DNA from: Stylophora pistillata
Lineage: Eukaryota
Assembly: GCF_002571385.2 (NCBI RefSeq)
Contig: NW_019218225.1
Coordinates: 166,586 to 230,585 of the forward strand
Length of the DNA stretch: 64,000 nt
Direction of reading: 5' to 3'
The notes under the pieces are model-generated. The model ran no database searches, was not told where the DNA came from, and was given only the letters and a program-made list of their open reading frames with translations. Position 1 is the stretch's first letter. Every line of letters starts with the position of its first letter. A program made the translations under genes and the position numbers. Below are positions 49,101 to 63,036 of this stretch, piece by piece.

Positions 49101-52100
49101 CTTATCTGTAGGATTTCAGACAAGACAATTTGAGGAGTTCTATCTAAGTTCTCGAATGTTCTTCTCTCTGCCATGGGGATTGCCATGGGGGGAAAGTGAT
49201 CATGCATCTGTAAAATAATTTTTTTTCTTGAACTGGCACAAGTTTATTTTATCCCATATATTTAAGTTATGTTAGTCACAAGGGTGTAAAAGATCATGTT
49301 TTTCATAAGGCAGAAGGAATTGGTTTGTATAGGCACAAGCAAGGGTATGATCATACTTTCTGATTTACCGTGACAAGAATCGCACCCAGCTTGTGCCAGT
49401 GTGCAGTTGCAACTTTCAGAGAGATAACATCTTACCTTGTATCTAATATTTATATCATTGTTACAAGTAGATATACTCAGAACCAATAGATGTATGGAGA
49501 CAGCACCAAGTATTTGTAGGTCCTTTAAAGAAGTAATGCTGGTGGTGAAATGTCTTAATTTGAGGTCTGTAAAAGCATGCCTTGAATGTTTTGGTTTATG
49601 AAAATAATCAACTTTTCTTTTTTCATTGGTTTCATAGGGTACTTTTTGGTTCAAAGCATTATAATGTGCTGATGTGACATAGTAGGTCACATTTAGTATT
49701 TCTATTTTACTGAAAATAATTTCTTACTCTTGAGAACCTTTTTTCATTTTATTGCTGTGGTGTATATTGAAAAAAGTTTGTTGTTGCATGTTGGAATTGA
49801 GAATGACCATGGATTAATTCTTGACCTATCAAGTGCAACTTGAATGTTTAGACATAACAAGAGCCCTCATAATTTGCTTTGTGACAGATTACTGACCAAT
49901 TAATGTAACAGTGAACATGCAACTACAAACCAAGGCTACTAAGCTGATCATGGCGGCTAGTGTGCTCTTGGTTGGTTTTGTTTCTCCTCAATTTGAATTG
50001 CATCAGTAAGAATTAGAACTTCTCTATAATAGTACTTTCTTGTACATTTTCCACTCATGTTACCAAGCAACAGGACAAGTTTGTTGCAATGTCAGGCTGC
50101 TTAGTAAGGGTGTGTCCTGTGACATCAGGCAGTCCTTATATTGAGTAATACCCTGGCATCTTTGTCATTGAACAAAACTTTTGTACTGGTAATTGACCAG
50201 TGCAAGTAAATTGCAAACAATTCAGGGAAGTTTTGGCAGAAGAATTATTATGTATTTTTTTAAAATTATGATCGAATTGTCAAGCCCAGCAAATTGAAAT
50301 GAAATTCTTGGACTTGAATTTTGTTTCTGATAGGCTCTTTTGTTGGCACTCAGTGTGCCCCCTGTAATTTTTAACAATTTGCTGGTTTAATTAACTTGTA
50401 ACTATTTTATTAATATATTTGTGAGCAGAGTAAGATACGTTGGCCTTGTCATTGGCCTTGTCAAAGAATGTGATATGCCCTTCAGCTTGAAACAGAGCTT
50501 TGTTATCTAGAGTTCCGCGTACTGAAAATAAAACTGATTACTGCTGTTCTTAGGCGTGTAGATCTGAGTTATTAAAAAAGGTTTGTTTGTCAGAATGGTA
50601 TATATTGGACAGTTGATTGATAATTTTGAAAAAAAATTGTAAGTTTTTTTTTACAGAATAACCATTATATTGGTTGTGAGTAAATAAGTAATTATTGTCT
50701 CGTCAATATATGAAAATTCTTACTATCAGTATTGGTTATATTTCAGCATAATCAATATATTAGACAACTTACACACTGAGGTATTTGAACCCTATTTTCA
50801 AAACAATTAAGCTCATATTAGATGTGAATTTATAATGCTCAAGTACCTGTAATATTGTTGAAAACAACAGAAATTCTGGATTTTACTGTACAGCTAACTG
50901 CATTAGATTAACATTTGAAAGTAATGAGGTGATCTTTTCAGTTTATGAACCTTTGTACAATATCTTTTGAAAAAGTGAACAAAGATAATTGCATTGGGAA
51001 ATATTTGTAAATACAATATATATTTGACCACAAGTTCTTGTACTGATTAAAATGCGTGTTTCATGCCCAACTAGTAATTCACTTTTAATTTAACTTTCCC
51101 TTTTCCAAACGTTTATGAAAGGAGAAGAGCTGTAAATGAGAGTGGTTTTAAAGGCCTTTGTTACTTCAGATAGTCTTTGCAAATCCTCCAAAATTGTAAC
51201 TTGTCTCAATCTATTACCTCGTAGATTGGCTTCATTTTCATTCTAAAAGAATCACAGATCACCTAATATTACTTTTACCTTGAGTTGCATGTGACCTGCT
51301 GTCAGTTTCATAAACTTGTAACTATAATATTGTTTTTGCTTGTTGAAAAAGTTAGATGAATTGGTGGTGTTGTAAAATTGGAATTCTGTAAAAGCTGAAC
51401 AAAGTGCTGATTAGTTCGAGGCATTGTGGAAGTGAAATCTTGCCCCTTTAGAACTTCTTTCCCTTTTATACTTTGAAACAGTATAAAAAGCTGTGTAACG
51501 ATGATTGTCTCCTTTCTCTGCATGTAGAAAAAGCCGACATGTCAGCCTTTTTTTTGTTTTTTTGAGCGCAAGAAAATTACTGCTAACTTGACCCTTATAG
51601 GAACTCGATCATGGCACACCTGAATAAATTTTAGATTAAAGCATCAGCAATAAACTGATGTATTTGTGTTCTGTTTTGGTTACAGGCATTGATGTCAATG
51701 CATGTAAATATCCTTTTTACCAGCAAGGATAGTGAAATTTTATGTGAGAAAGAACATTAAATTTGTTGGTGGCACTATGTAACAAAATCGAAATGTACTA
51801 TTTAGTTATACTTTGCTTATTGTAGCTAGGAAAGAAAATCATTTACTTGGCTTACATTGTGTAGTGGATATATTTTCTTAAGACTGGATACATTCAAGCA
51901 ATTAATCAAAGAGGTGCTCTTTATTTGGGTGTAATGTTCTGCCAAGAGCCCATCACATACCCACCTTGAAAGCAATAACTCAATTTTCTGTGTTTACTTG
52001 AGCTGTGCTTACAAGAAAGTGGAAGGTCATAACAATGAAATATTTTGTTTCTCTCGACTGGTAACTTTGGAACATAAATTTTTATCCTTGACAATAATTT

Positions 52101-54819
52101 TTTTTGTGCACTTAATACACCTCTGTTCCCAAGTAAATGGAAAACATTTGGTGTGTTTTTTTTCCCTCTTTATTACCAATTGTCCTTGCTCCAATATGTT
52201 GTCAATTTAATGCTGGTACGACTCTCAGAAAATGTTGTATTTGACCATTTTTTGTGCAGGCTTTTCTGGTTATTGGTAGTAAGGGAATGATTATGTTACA
52301 AACTGCCACCTTGATGTAGCCTTAGTTTTAAGGTGTGCAAAAACGTGATGTCGTTCAGTTTTTCATTTCATTGAACAAGTAGGTTGGGAAATAACATTAT
52401 TTGATATTGTAGCTCTGTTCATGCTCAAGTTGTTTACGTGGCACATAGGCCAGTTTTACTTGAGAGATTTAAGTGTTTATAATCTCATTGTTAGCTTTAG
52501 TCTGTATCAGATTTTGTTCATCAGAGGTTTATCATTTGCTTCTTTTTTGTTGTTTTATTTTGTGGAAGAAAGGGGACCTTGGTTGAAATTTCATTTTTCT
52601 GGATGTTGTATGTGGGCTTTGTAAATGGCTAGGTACTCTTTGTATTCAAGAAGTCAATATTCTTAATGGAGCATTGCTTGGTGAAAAGTAGTTTGGGATT
52701 TGTTTGAATATTTTCTAGAAGGTTCTTGATGTACGGCACTTTTGATGTAATTCTGAAAGCAACTTACCTAGTATTAAATTATAATCATGGTAATGTTGTG
52801 AAAAGGTACAACATTTAACTTGGGAGACGGAGTGTTTAAGTAGAAATACAGAAATTGAGTATTTTTTGCTAGAACTTAGAAAGTGATAAGGGTGATGGAT
52901 CACAAATTGTCGGGATAATATACATTTATCCACTGCATATGTATTTCGACACAGAAATCGATTTGAAGACAGTATGACTCCCCCCCCCCCTNNNNNNNNN
53001 NNNNNNGGGGGTGGGTTGGAGAATAATCAACAGTTACAAAAAGGAAGGGAGGCTGACACAGGTGTAGTCAATATACAGTACACTGTCTGCCCATGTGTAA
53101 GGTTGTTATTGATCTACTGCACTGTCCTTAATGTAATTTCTATGTCTGTGACTGCATGATGTTTTAAAATTTAAGAATTGTAATTATATTTCCTTCAGAG
53201 GTTTGTGCTAGGCTAGTAATTTTTTTTGTTTTTGGCCTATGTAATTGCTCCACCACACAGCTTAAACATGTGAACTTTGAAGTGGTTGGAGTGGAAAAAA
53301 CGGGAGTCAGGAAATATGAAGTCCCCTGATTATTGTTTTATGGAAGTTTGTGACAGTTACAGTATCATCAAATGAGTTAATACTATGCCTGAACATAACA
53401 TCATGACACATTAATCAAAAGTAATTATGTACCTTGATTTAACAGCAGTTAACGGCAGCCTTAAAACTTGTTCTTATCCCGTTTAGGATTGGCCTTTTCT
53501 AAAATTTATCAGAAATAATAGTGTCTAAGAGAGGGAGGAACAGATGGAACTTTGGAAGTCCGTGCAAGATTTAAATGCTCTTAAGATAAGGTCTGTGCTG
53601 TTAGGGAGGGGGAAAAAAGTTTTTTAAAGGGAAAAACAAAAGCAAATTTAAACAAATGAGTGTCAAAATTTCATGTTCTAGAATGCATTTTGGTAGACTG
53701 AAAATTGTTTATAAAAATGGTCACCAGATTGAGGTGGAATGAAAGCATATTTTTGTTTTTACTGATCCTCTGTAGGTCCTTAGTAATTATAAGTGATATG
53801 CAAAGGGCTATGGTGTACTTGAATAGAACAATATTTGATAGATTGTAAGACTTCAGTGTTGATGTGATTGTTAGAAGCAGGAGTACCTTTTAAGCCATGC
53901 ATATACAGTAGAGTATGTATACAGGTATGTGTCACTCAAGGGTATGGTGTTTCACCCCTTTTGTATGAAAGCTCACTTGTAATTTGAACTTTTAAAGGTT
54001 GGTTTGTTCAAATTCCCATTCCCCTGGGGTAAAAACTGTGTTCAAATGCCCTGCCTAACTGCTGGATTTGATAGTCTTCTTTTTTTTTTTTTTTTTTCGG
54101 TAAAAGGGAAAGGGCAAAGTCGTCAACCATTAGTAACAGCGCATCAACCAAGCTTCAAAACTTGGACCTTGCAGACCTTTTCTTCTGACCCATTCACTCT
54201 GAAAAGTGAACTGTTTAATTATTTTTGTATCCCAATGGAAAGACCCCCACCTCCCCTGGTACGGAGGACTGTCAGTTAACAGTCTGCACATAAGCGTACA
54301 GTGTATGCTTCTTTTTCAGTTGTTGTTAAGGGTGCATGGCTCAACCTTACCTCTGTTCACATTTGATTTAAACTTATTTTTCAGGGATCTGAGTTCTAAT
54401 CAGCTGGTGACCTTGAATATTACACAGCTTTCAAGATTATCAAACCTTCAAGAGCTGTAAGCCTTTGGAATTAATTTCAGATTTGTTTATAATTTATCAG
54501 ATCCTGAATTGGTTGCCTTTTATTAGCCTCTGCAAGCGATAATCCTTAAACGTAGTCCCTTTGTATGATGATATTATCGGGTTAACTTTTGAGTCTAACA
54601 TCTTTTATGTTAATAATATATGGTTAATAATGGTTAGTGGAGATATTTTTTTAACATGGTAAGTCATCAATTTGCAAGTGGCAAAACTTTTGAAGTTGGC
54701 CTATCGACATGAGAATTTGCTCTCAGTTCCTGCTCTTAAAACAACACACTTACAACAAAGGGTGAGCTTTTAAAATGACTTACTGACCTATTCTTTATCC
54801 CTTACAAAGTTCTTGACAT

Positions 54820-54876
<57 letters not shown>

Positions 54877-57800
54877 TCAGTCTTCTTCATGAAAATCGGC
54901 TCAGAGAAGTTCCACCATGGCAGGCTCTACCCTCTTCCCTGATTCGCTTGTCTTTGTAAGTATTATATTTAATTGTTGTAACCTTGTGTACTCTCAAGCT
55001 AAGGTGTGGTCATACTTAGTAACTGTGGACAGGTTGTGTCTGTGTGTAGGTTCCTCGGTATTCAATGAACAAAAAGTTTTAAAATAAAGGTGCAACATTT
55101 ATTTAATTACTATGACTTTGCTGTAGAGTGCTTAACCTTACTTTCTAATTCTAGTTATTTTCTTAGTATTAGTTGAATCACAAGGTCATAGAACCGTCAC
55201 ATGTTGTTCAATTTTAGTCAAACTGGTCCAGTCATGAGTTTAGTTTACCCATCTTTATCAATCAGTGAACAACCAACAATACGTGTGATGTGCTGTTCAG
55301 ATCTCTTCAAGGAGAAGTACATTACAGATTCAATAATTGTATCATGGATTAAAAACCTGATTTTGTAGTGCAAAAAAACATTGTCTAAGGCAATAACATT
55401 TTGTTGCTCTACCTTTGCAGGCATCACAACAAGATAACTTCAATTCCATCTCAAAATGTCACAAAGAAACTATCTTTACAATATCTGTAAGTGTTTTTGT
55501 AACCTTTATATTTGGATGATGTGTTTTCACAGAAATAGAACTAAGCTGCACTAACTAGGTAGACCTCTCTGCCAGTGACACACATTTAGGACAGACACCT
55601 TCTAAGGTCTCTAGAAAGGAAAACTCGTATGGATCCCTTCTGCACAGTTCTTTTAGCATTCTTATGGGGTGAAAAAATCTTCTCCTTGTTCTCTTTCAAT
55701 TGCAGTGCTGTTCTCAGCCAAAAAAAGCCTTATGCACCTCAAGTTCAAAAACAACTACCTTTCCACTTTCTTTGTTTTAGCCACCTACCATTATCAGGTT
55801 GTATTTCAGTCATGTTGTATTTGTAGAACTTTCTTGAGAGGAAAAGTGATGTCATTTACCTACCATAAAGATCACTTGTTCTTGCATTTTTGCTTTCTGT
55901 TTTGTTCCAGGTTACTGAGCAGTAATAGAATCTCTCACATTGGACAAAATGCCTTTGCTAATCTCACCTCAGTGCAGTCATTGTAAGTAGAAAGTGACCC
56001 ACTACCTTTTCAAAATTATTATTGAATGAACTTGTAGCAGAGGCAGCAGAAGGATGTTAGCATATTAATTTTTGCTCAGTCACAGTGACTTTCCTCATTA
56101 AGGTAACAGGATAGAAAAACTAAATCAGGCATCCTATGGCTCTCAGATCATAAATACCCAGGCCATGCCACATTGTTTTTGTGAGGCAATTTCTTTTGTG
56201 TTAACCACATCACAAAGGAGTTAAAGTAACAGGTTGAGAACCAAACCTAGTTTATGTGTTGGATTGTGATGTCTGCAAAACAAATTTGATGTATAAGGAC
56301 CTCTAAATAGATTGCATTCATCTTTGGAATTCTAATACTCTATGGTTAAATTGGAATGGAAGAGGTGGTGGCTTGAACTTTACATCATGTTGTATAGCAT
56401 TCATGAGAGTTGCATCATTTTGTTGTGTTCAGGCATGAAATGTTCAACAAAACTGCTTGACTTTGTCTGTTTATTGTGTTGCAGAAAACTGAGCCGAAAT
56501 AGGCTGAGGTCCATTCCTGTTCAGGCCTTGAGTCAGTTAACCTCATTAAAAAAATTGTAAGTCTCTTAGTTGTCAGTTATTTAATTATTTGTTTTGTTTT
56601 GAATAAGATCCTTATCACCTGGTTGCATCTGCTTTATAGAGTGATTTAAATGACAGGTTGTTACCCTACTGCTTCCTGTGGGGAAGAAAATATATCATGT
56701 TATGTTTCCTAACTTACTTAGAGCCTGATCTTATCACAAAAGCTGTCCCAAACAGAATTGTTTATCATTTTATTCTTTCCAGCCGTGTCATTTTTCATCT
56801 TTGCTACTTTGATGAACAAAATCATATGTTACTTTATTTTTAAGAAATTTAAACCTGTATATAGCTCTGTCAAATGCAAGTTCTGTTTATACTCAAGCAC
56901 CAAATGTTTGGATAGGCTTTAAATACTTTAAAATGTGGTCGATGTATAAGAAGATTTTTAGATAGATAATGTTTATATGCTTTTCATTTAAGTGTGCTAT
57001 CATGTAACATAGAATAATAGATTTGATGAAATTAGAATAATCCTGGTTTGCATTTTGGGTGTTATTAAATATTTCTTATGATTTTGCTGTGTTTCCTTTC
57101 AGAGACCTCACGAAAAATTGGATCAATGTTGTCATGGATCCTTTGAAAAGTTTAAAGTCTGTAGCCATACTGTAAGTTTTTCTTATTCTCTGTTTTAATA
57201 TTTCATGATCCTCAAAACATTCTTTGCATATTTATTCCAGATTAAGGGAGTTTACTCTAGTGGAATGAAAATCTGGTCTTATCATGTTTATCAGATCACT
57301 AAAAATCCTCTTAAATCTCCTGGGGCACACTTTCAGCCATGAACTGGTGTCTCTGTTTGTTTCCTGAGGTCCATGTAAAAAAAATTACCATTTGCTACAT
57401 TCCTCAAATATTTCTTACAATTAATCCCATACTAGGGGTTGATATTTTGTGGAATTGAATGAAAATATGCACAGTAATGACTGAAAAAGGTTAAACAGCT
57501 TTATGCCTCAAAGGAAAATAAATTTTCAGTTATTTTTCACTTGCATGGGCTAGTAGATCCTTAGGGATGAAATGATTGGCATTATATTTATCCCAGATCC
57601 TTAGCCCCTTACAATAATTTGTCCAGTTAAATTGGCTATCAGATAGAGAACAAATATATGTGTATATATGCCCTTTATAAATTATATCTTGATTACTTAA
57701 ATTTATTTATCACAATTCCTGTAATTTAATGTGCATAGATACTTTCTACTACTCAGGGATGTTGTTTTTTTTTTTTCTTTTTTTTTTTTTGATGTAAATG

Positions 57801-60800
57801 GACTAAAACAAGTTCTGAATTTTTTTGACAATATCTTGAGATCACAAGTAATAGGATGACAAATTTATGATTTGCATGAACATGCATGGCCCCCTGGACT
57901 GGGTTTGTTTCATGGGCATTCAACTACAGTATATCAGGGTTAGACAACAATCAGGGTTTATACCTTAAATTGTTTTATGTTTTATTTGTAAATGCATCTA
58001 AAGTAGGTTACAAGTTTATTATACAGTGTGCTTTCAATTGGTAGTTACTGCTGTATGCAGAGCTTATCAAAGCACAGATCAGATATCTCTTTAAAACCAC
58101 AGATACCTTACATTAGAGCTAGCTGTCTTTCTTAAGCTTAGTGTCATGCTCTGTGTGCATTTTGTCTTTTCTTTCATCATTGCAGAAAGCTTTCAAAGAA
58201 TAAAATCCACACCATTTCTGATCATGCACTCTGGGAAATGAGCAATCTGAGGGAATTGTGAGTATTCCAGCTGAAATTGTGGTAAAAGTGAAGAACAGTT
58301 CCTGAAAGATGTTGTCGGCTGACTGTTGGCCGTCTGTCTGTTGGCCAACAGTCAGCCCACTTTTGCCCAACTGTCAACGACAGTTTTAGACCAAAGTTTT
58401 GGCCAACTGTCGGCTGACAATTGGTGACCTGTCAGTAACCTGTCAGAGTGTCGTAAACTGAAATGATTGAAAACATTTCCTTATCTATTGCTTCTAAAAC
58501 TACATAAAAAGGGAAAAGTCATTTCACAAAGAAACCTAATGCACTTATAACTTTACAATAGCCACTGTGGATTTTGCCTACTTTTTCGCGTTGGCTAGCA
58601 AAACTTGCCCTAACTGGTTCAACTTCATATATCTACCATATTGAAAAGTTGTTCTAGTTCCCAATCCCCTGGTACTGTTAACTATAGTTTTACAATGCAA
58701 TATCGGGGGATTAAAAAACTACCGTACTATAATTTGGCTTTGCTTATTTGTTACTTCAAAATGGGGAAAAGAAGTTTAGTTTGTGTACAGACAAGGATAT
58801 AAGAAATAGGTATCAAATTTGGTACTAAATTTTGGTACCTACAGTCAAAATGTGGGTTAAACAAGGTTATTCTACTGTTCAAAGAGAGTAAGTAGATGAT
58901 GCACAATCAGTGCAATTGATAGACATCTATTTATTGTTTTCAACTGGAAAAGTCTTGACTCTGTTTTTGGTCTATTTTTGGTCTACTTGACTCTGTCAGC
59001 CGATTGTTGCCATGTGTCAGTAAGGTGTTGGTAACCTGTCGGCCAACGGTTGACTGACAGGTTACCAACAGCCAAAAATGGGAATCATTGTTAACTATTA
59101 CCGAAATTATTTACATGAACATAGCTACAGTTATCTTTATTTGCGATTTCAGAAAGTATTTCTACCTGCCTTGTAGAAGGTCTGGAAATTGTAAGGGAGG
59201 GGGAATATTTCAACTATGTTCCATCATCTTTTGCCATGGAAATATATCACTAAATTTATAATGTACTTTGTTGTTTTCCTTTTCTGTTGACATGAATATG
59301 ACTTAAAACTGTCCCTTGTCCTGAAGATTTGTTATGGCTCTTAATCCTTTAAACAAGAGTGACCAGCATCTAATTTCTCCTTGCAGCAGTGCTGCTGTAT
59401 CATTTATTAAGATCAGGAGAAAAAGAAAATGATCACTAACGTAAGAAGCTTGGATTGTTGCACAAATTCTCCTTTCAGTACCAAAGGAAATATATGAAGA
59501 AAACAGTGGAGAATATGGATGCTGATGCTAGGGTGCAAAGCTTTAACTGAATATCAATTTTCTTTAGGTACCTGGACAACAACAATTTAACATTTGTGTC
59601 CACATTGTGGTTTATTGGGAATCTTAACGTTCATAAACTGTAAGTCTATAATTATACCTTCAAGGTATTAGCATTTGATTTACTGGATTTTCAAAGAAAA
59701 ACAGCACTTTTCTGACACATACATGTACTCTGTACTTACACAGAGGAATTAAAATACACATATGTTACACGTCTGTCTCAGGTTGCTTTGGTAGTTGTGG
59801 CTTTGGTATAATTTCTCTCTTGTTTATAAAGACCCACACACTTTGTTTGACTGGTGAACAGGTCATATCCTGTTATAATCACCCTGCCCAATGTGCTGAT
59901 ATTATAAAAGGACAAGTTTCAAATAGGCTTCTGCATGATTATAGAAATTGCAACTGTGCAGATAAATCAGTGAGTAATTACACTGAAAAATTATTATTTA
60001 TTCTTTCATGTTGTTGAATAATCCCCTTAACCCTTTAACTCCCATGAGTGACCAAGACAGAATTTCTCCTTAAAACATCAATACAATATCAAGCAGACAA
60101 GTGATGAGAATAAAGAAAACTATCAACAAGGGTATTTTTAGTTGATCCAATATCAAATTCTCCAAACATACAGCATAAGAATTGTATTGCAGACAGCAAG
60201 GAGAATTCCTAAGAAGATCTTGAAAGTTAACCAATTGTGGGGATTGTGGAATAGTGACTTATTCACTTTGTCTTAAATGAATAGATATAATTATATTCTA
60301 ACTATGGGGGGGGGGGAAGGCTAACGCTCCAACTAAAAAGGTGTACCTTTCTCAGCACTTTGATAAGGGCAGGCATATATTTTAAAGAGCAAAAGTGAAT
60401 GAAATGGTAAAAGAAATAATTAGTACTTTTTCATGAACACATCACCCAATAATGTGAAATGTATTTCCTCAATTCAATTCAGTTATAAACCTGTTGAATG
60501 TATATGAATTTTATTTCTGCACCAGCTATCTCAATAACAATCGCATCAGCAAGATTGATAAAAGCCCTCATTTTGACTGGAGAGCATTACTACGTTTGAG
60601 GGAACTGTAAGTTGCTTAATTTGGGTTTGATGTATTTCATCTTTTGTTGTAGATTGTAAAAAATGAGGGAATGTCACTCCTTGGTATTGCATTCCCCCAT
60701 GGTCTTCTGTTCATAACAACAAGTTTATTTTTTTCTCACAGGAATCTGGCCCAGAATGAATTGTCCTACATTCAAAAGGACACATTTGCCCGTCTTTTTA

Positions 60801-63036
60801 CCCTACAGAGACTGTAAGTGTGCAGAGTATGACTTAAGTCAGCAACTTCAATGGAGGCAATTTTTTTGGTAGATATATGGCCAGGTTTATTTCCTTGTAC
60901 TGCTGTTGGTTAAGATGCTATTTCAAAGATTGGTGTGGCCCCTTTCTGAGTCACAGAAACACAATGTTATGCCTTCAGTTGCTGAAATCCCTGCCTGTAT
61001 ATGAATTTCAGCCTAGTGGCCCACACCCTAGTTTCCATAGCTTAAAATATCTAGGAGTCTAACTACCCTCCTTTTGGATGGATTTGCCCCCCCCCCCCCC
61101 CCCTACATGGGTGAGTGCAAACTCACCCATTTTAGATGCTGCTGTGTGGAAAAAGACATTAAGATTGAAAGTTGTTGCTTAAAAAACACCACATGTTGAC
61201 CTTGGTGGGGCTCAAAACCTCACCTCAGACCTTAGTGCTGTAAATATAGGCCAGCATATCCCTCAATGATTGTTGCTTTGGTCCTTGGAATGTAGGCCTG
61301 AGTGACTTCTTATTTGTGGGATCTAAATCCGTTTGCTGTCAGAAAACTGTGAATTACATATTAATTATGTTATAACTGAGGTTATCTCCCTTTTTCTCCT
61401 TGCAGAGATCTTGGCAATAACCAGATTTACCATGTGGAAAATAAGGCATTCTCTGACTTACGCTCACTGGATGTGTTGTAAGTTTCTACTATGCTCTTGT
61501 AACTGAGGCAGGTTCTGATGTTGTTATTTGAACGAGACAGACTTGTGGCCACAATAAAATTTATTTATACAGGAAAGTACAAAAGAAATAATACTGTTAA
61601 AAAAGAAAGGGTGATTGCAAGCTAAAGGAAATAAATGACAAATAGCAAATCAATAATTTAAAATGATGAAATAAAACAATTTAATTTAGTAAAAAAATAC
61701 AATCGATTGTCATACAATAGCAAGGCACTAACAAGACAATTTGAAAGCATTGCATGACAGAACAGTAATCATTGTGTGACACTTAAAAGACTAATCCTAT
61801 TAACCAAACATAGAACTATTGAATGGTGGGCTATTCTTAGAATTATACATGAAATGACCGAAAACAAGTCAATACTGATAAAACAATAGCTCAAAACAAC
61901 GTAACATTAGATAAGACTAAGTTCAATCATGATTTCATATTTTCCGTTGACTTTAAACTAGGATGACTGGCAAAATCTCATTCTGTGATAGGACAAAATC
62001 TGTCATTACTGATGAACTAAACAATGAAGACTGTAGTGAAATATCTGATTTCACCAATGAAAATGTTCTGAAAGCTGAATGCAATCTTGACACATTTTGA
62101 ACATGAATCAACTAATATAAGGATTCAAGCAAAGACTAAACAATTGGATTGAGATAAGTACACATGAACCATATTCTTCTTGAACTCAAACTGTAAGACA
62201 GACAATAATAGGTCAAATGTGACATACCAAATCCTCAGTAAAATAGCTCACTAACTTGAGGTTACACGTACTGGAGTTACTTTTTTTGTGACCAAGAGGT
62301 TCTGAGCTTGTAAGTGCTGGTCTTGACACTCTGAACTACTGAGTTAAACTAACTAACTGTACTTCTTTTGTAAGGAATCAAACAATAGCTGGAAATTCTT
62401 TAAATTTTGGAAGTTAGGTGTGATCATTCTAAAGGAAATTTTAGCTGCAAATCCTGTGTTTGGGATGATTTGGTTATCATAGGAAATAGTTAGGTGTGAT
62501 GGTGCAACTTAAAGGAAATTTATGGTGCAAATCCTGTGTGTATGATAGTTTGATTGTCATAGGAAATAGTTTCTGAAGGTGTAATTCTAAAATTAAAACA
62601 AAAAAATATTGCAATGTCATGCACAATTGTGAGCCTGGTCACGCTAACTTTAAGTATTTAAGGTGTACCTAGCAAGCTTTTTAAGAAATATTAGGTAATG
62701 ACACCCATTACCTAATATTTCTTAAAAAGCTTGCTAGGTACACCTTAAATACTTAATGTAAATACCGAAAAGTCAAAGAAATATTTTGGAGGCACAGGTT
62801 TAATTGCCATCAAAGTCTAAATTTTTATGGCTTCTGTTTTTTAAAATCCTCTAGTTGCAATTCATCTGTAGGGGCCATTTCTGTTATTGAAAATTACCTG
62901 CAGGTCAAAAGAGTATTTCATTTGATTGTGATTGTCAGTGTTGTTTGTATTCTAGGGATCTTAGCAACAATGCTCTGTCATCTATTCTGAAAGGGACAGA
63001 GAGTGCATTTGAAGGACTTGAAAAGTTGGTTCTGCT
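46172..63036 (+). CDS. LRIG-like leucine-rich-repeat receptor (signal peptide, LRRNT, 12 LRR exons); 3' part beyond the window
   Basis: Exons 46172-46365, 54385-54456, 54881-54955, 55421-55486, 55911-55982, 56485-56556, 57103-57171, 58186-58257, 59568-59639, 60526-60606, 60742-60813, 61406-61477, 62956-63036; all introns phase 2. The repeat order matches recalled LRIG1/3 (HALWEMSNL ~ GAFWGLSNM; NNLTFVSTLWFIG ~ NNLTEITKGWLYG; LSSILKGTESAFEGLEKL ~ ISWTIEDMNGAFSGLDKL). Ig and TM domains are not visible. Confidence 0.8.
52992..53006. other. Assembly gap
   Basis: Run of N between C and G tracts. Confidence 1.
54825..54872 (+). repeat. (CT)24 microsatellite in a splice-acceptor pyrimidine tract
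   Basis: Perfect CT run ending 8 nt before the exon at 54881. Confidence 0.95.
58281..59102. mobile_element. Merlin-like non-autonomous DNA transposon
   Basis: TIRs GGTAAAAGTGAAGAACAGTTCC and GGTAATAGTTAACAATGATTCC (reverse complement). Near-TSD GAAATTGT / GAAATTAT (8 bp, 1 mismatch). Subterminal TGTCGGC/TGTTGGC repeats. Confidence 0.65.
59341..59545 (+). mobile_element. TTAA-CCCT MITE, diverged
   Basis: TTAATCCTTTAA...GAGTGACCAGCATCTAATTTCTCC...GGGTGCAAAGCTTTAA. Confidence 0.6.
60028..60230 (+). mobile_element. TTAA-CCCT MITE
   Basis: TTAACCCTTTAACTCCCATGAGTGACCAAGACAGAATTTCTCC...GAAAGTTAA. Confidence 0.75.
62412..62570. repeat. Diverged tandem duplication (~78-bp unit, 2 copies)
   Basis: AGTTAGGTGTGAT...TAAAGGAAATTT...TGCAAATCCTGTGT...TCATAGGAAATAGTT occurs twice. 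Confidence 0.8.
62650..62756. repeat. Perfect 51-bp inverted repeat with a 5-nt loop
   Basis: 62650-62700 is the exact reverse complement of 62706-62756; the loop is ACACC. Confidence 0.95.

Noticed and set aside
46172-63036. LGR-type GPCR or Slit identity for the LRR gene
   Set aside because: The exon style fits, but repeat-by-repeat sequence matches LRIG better; not fully excluded without the 3' end.
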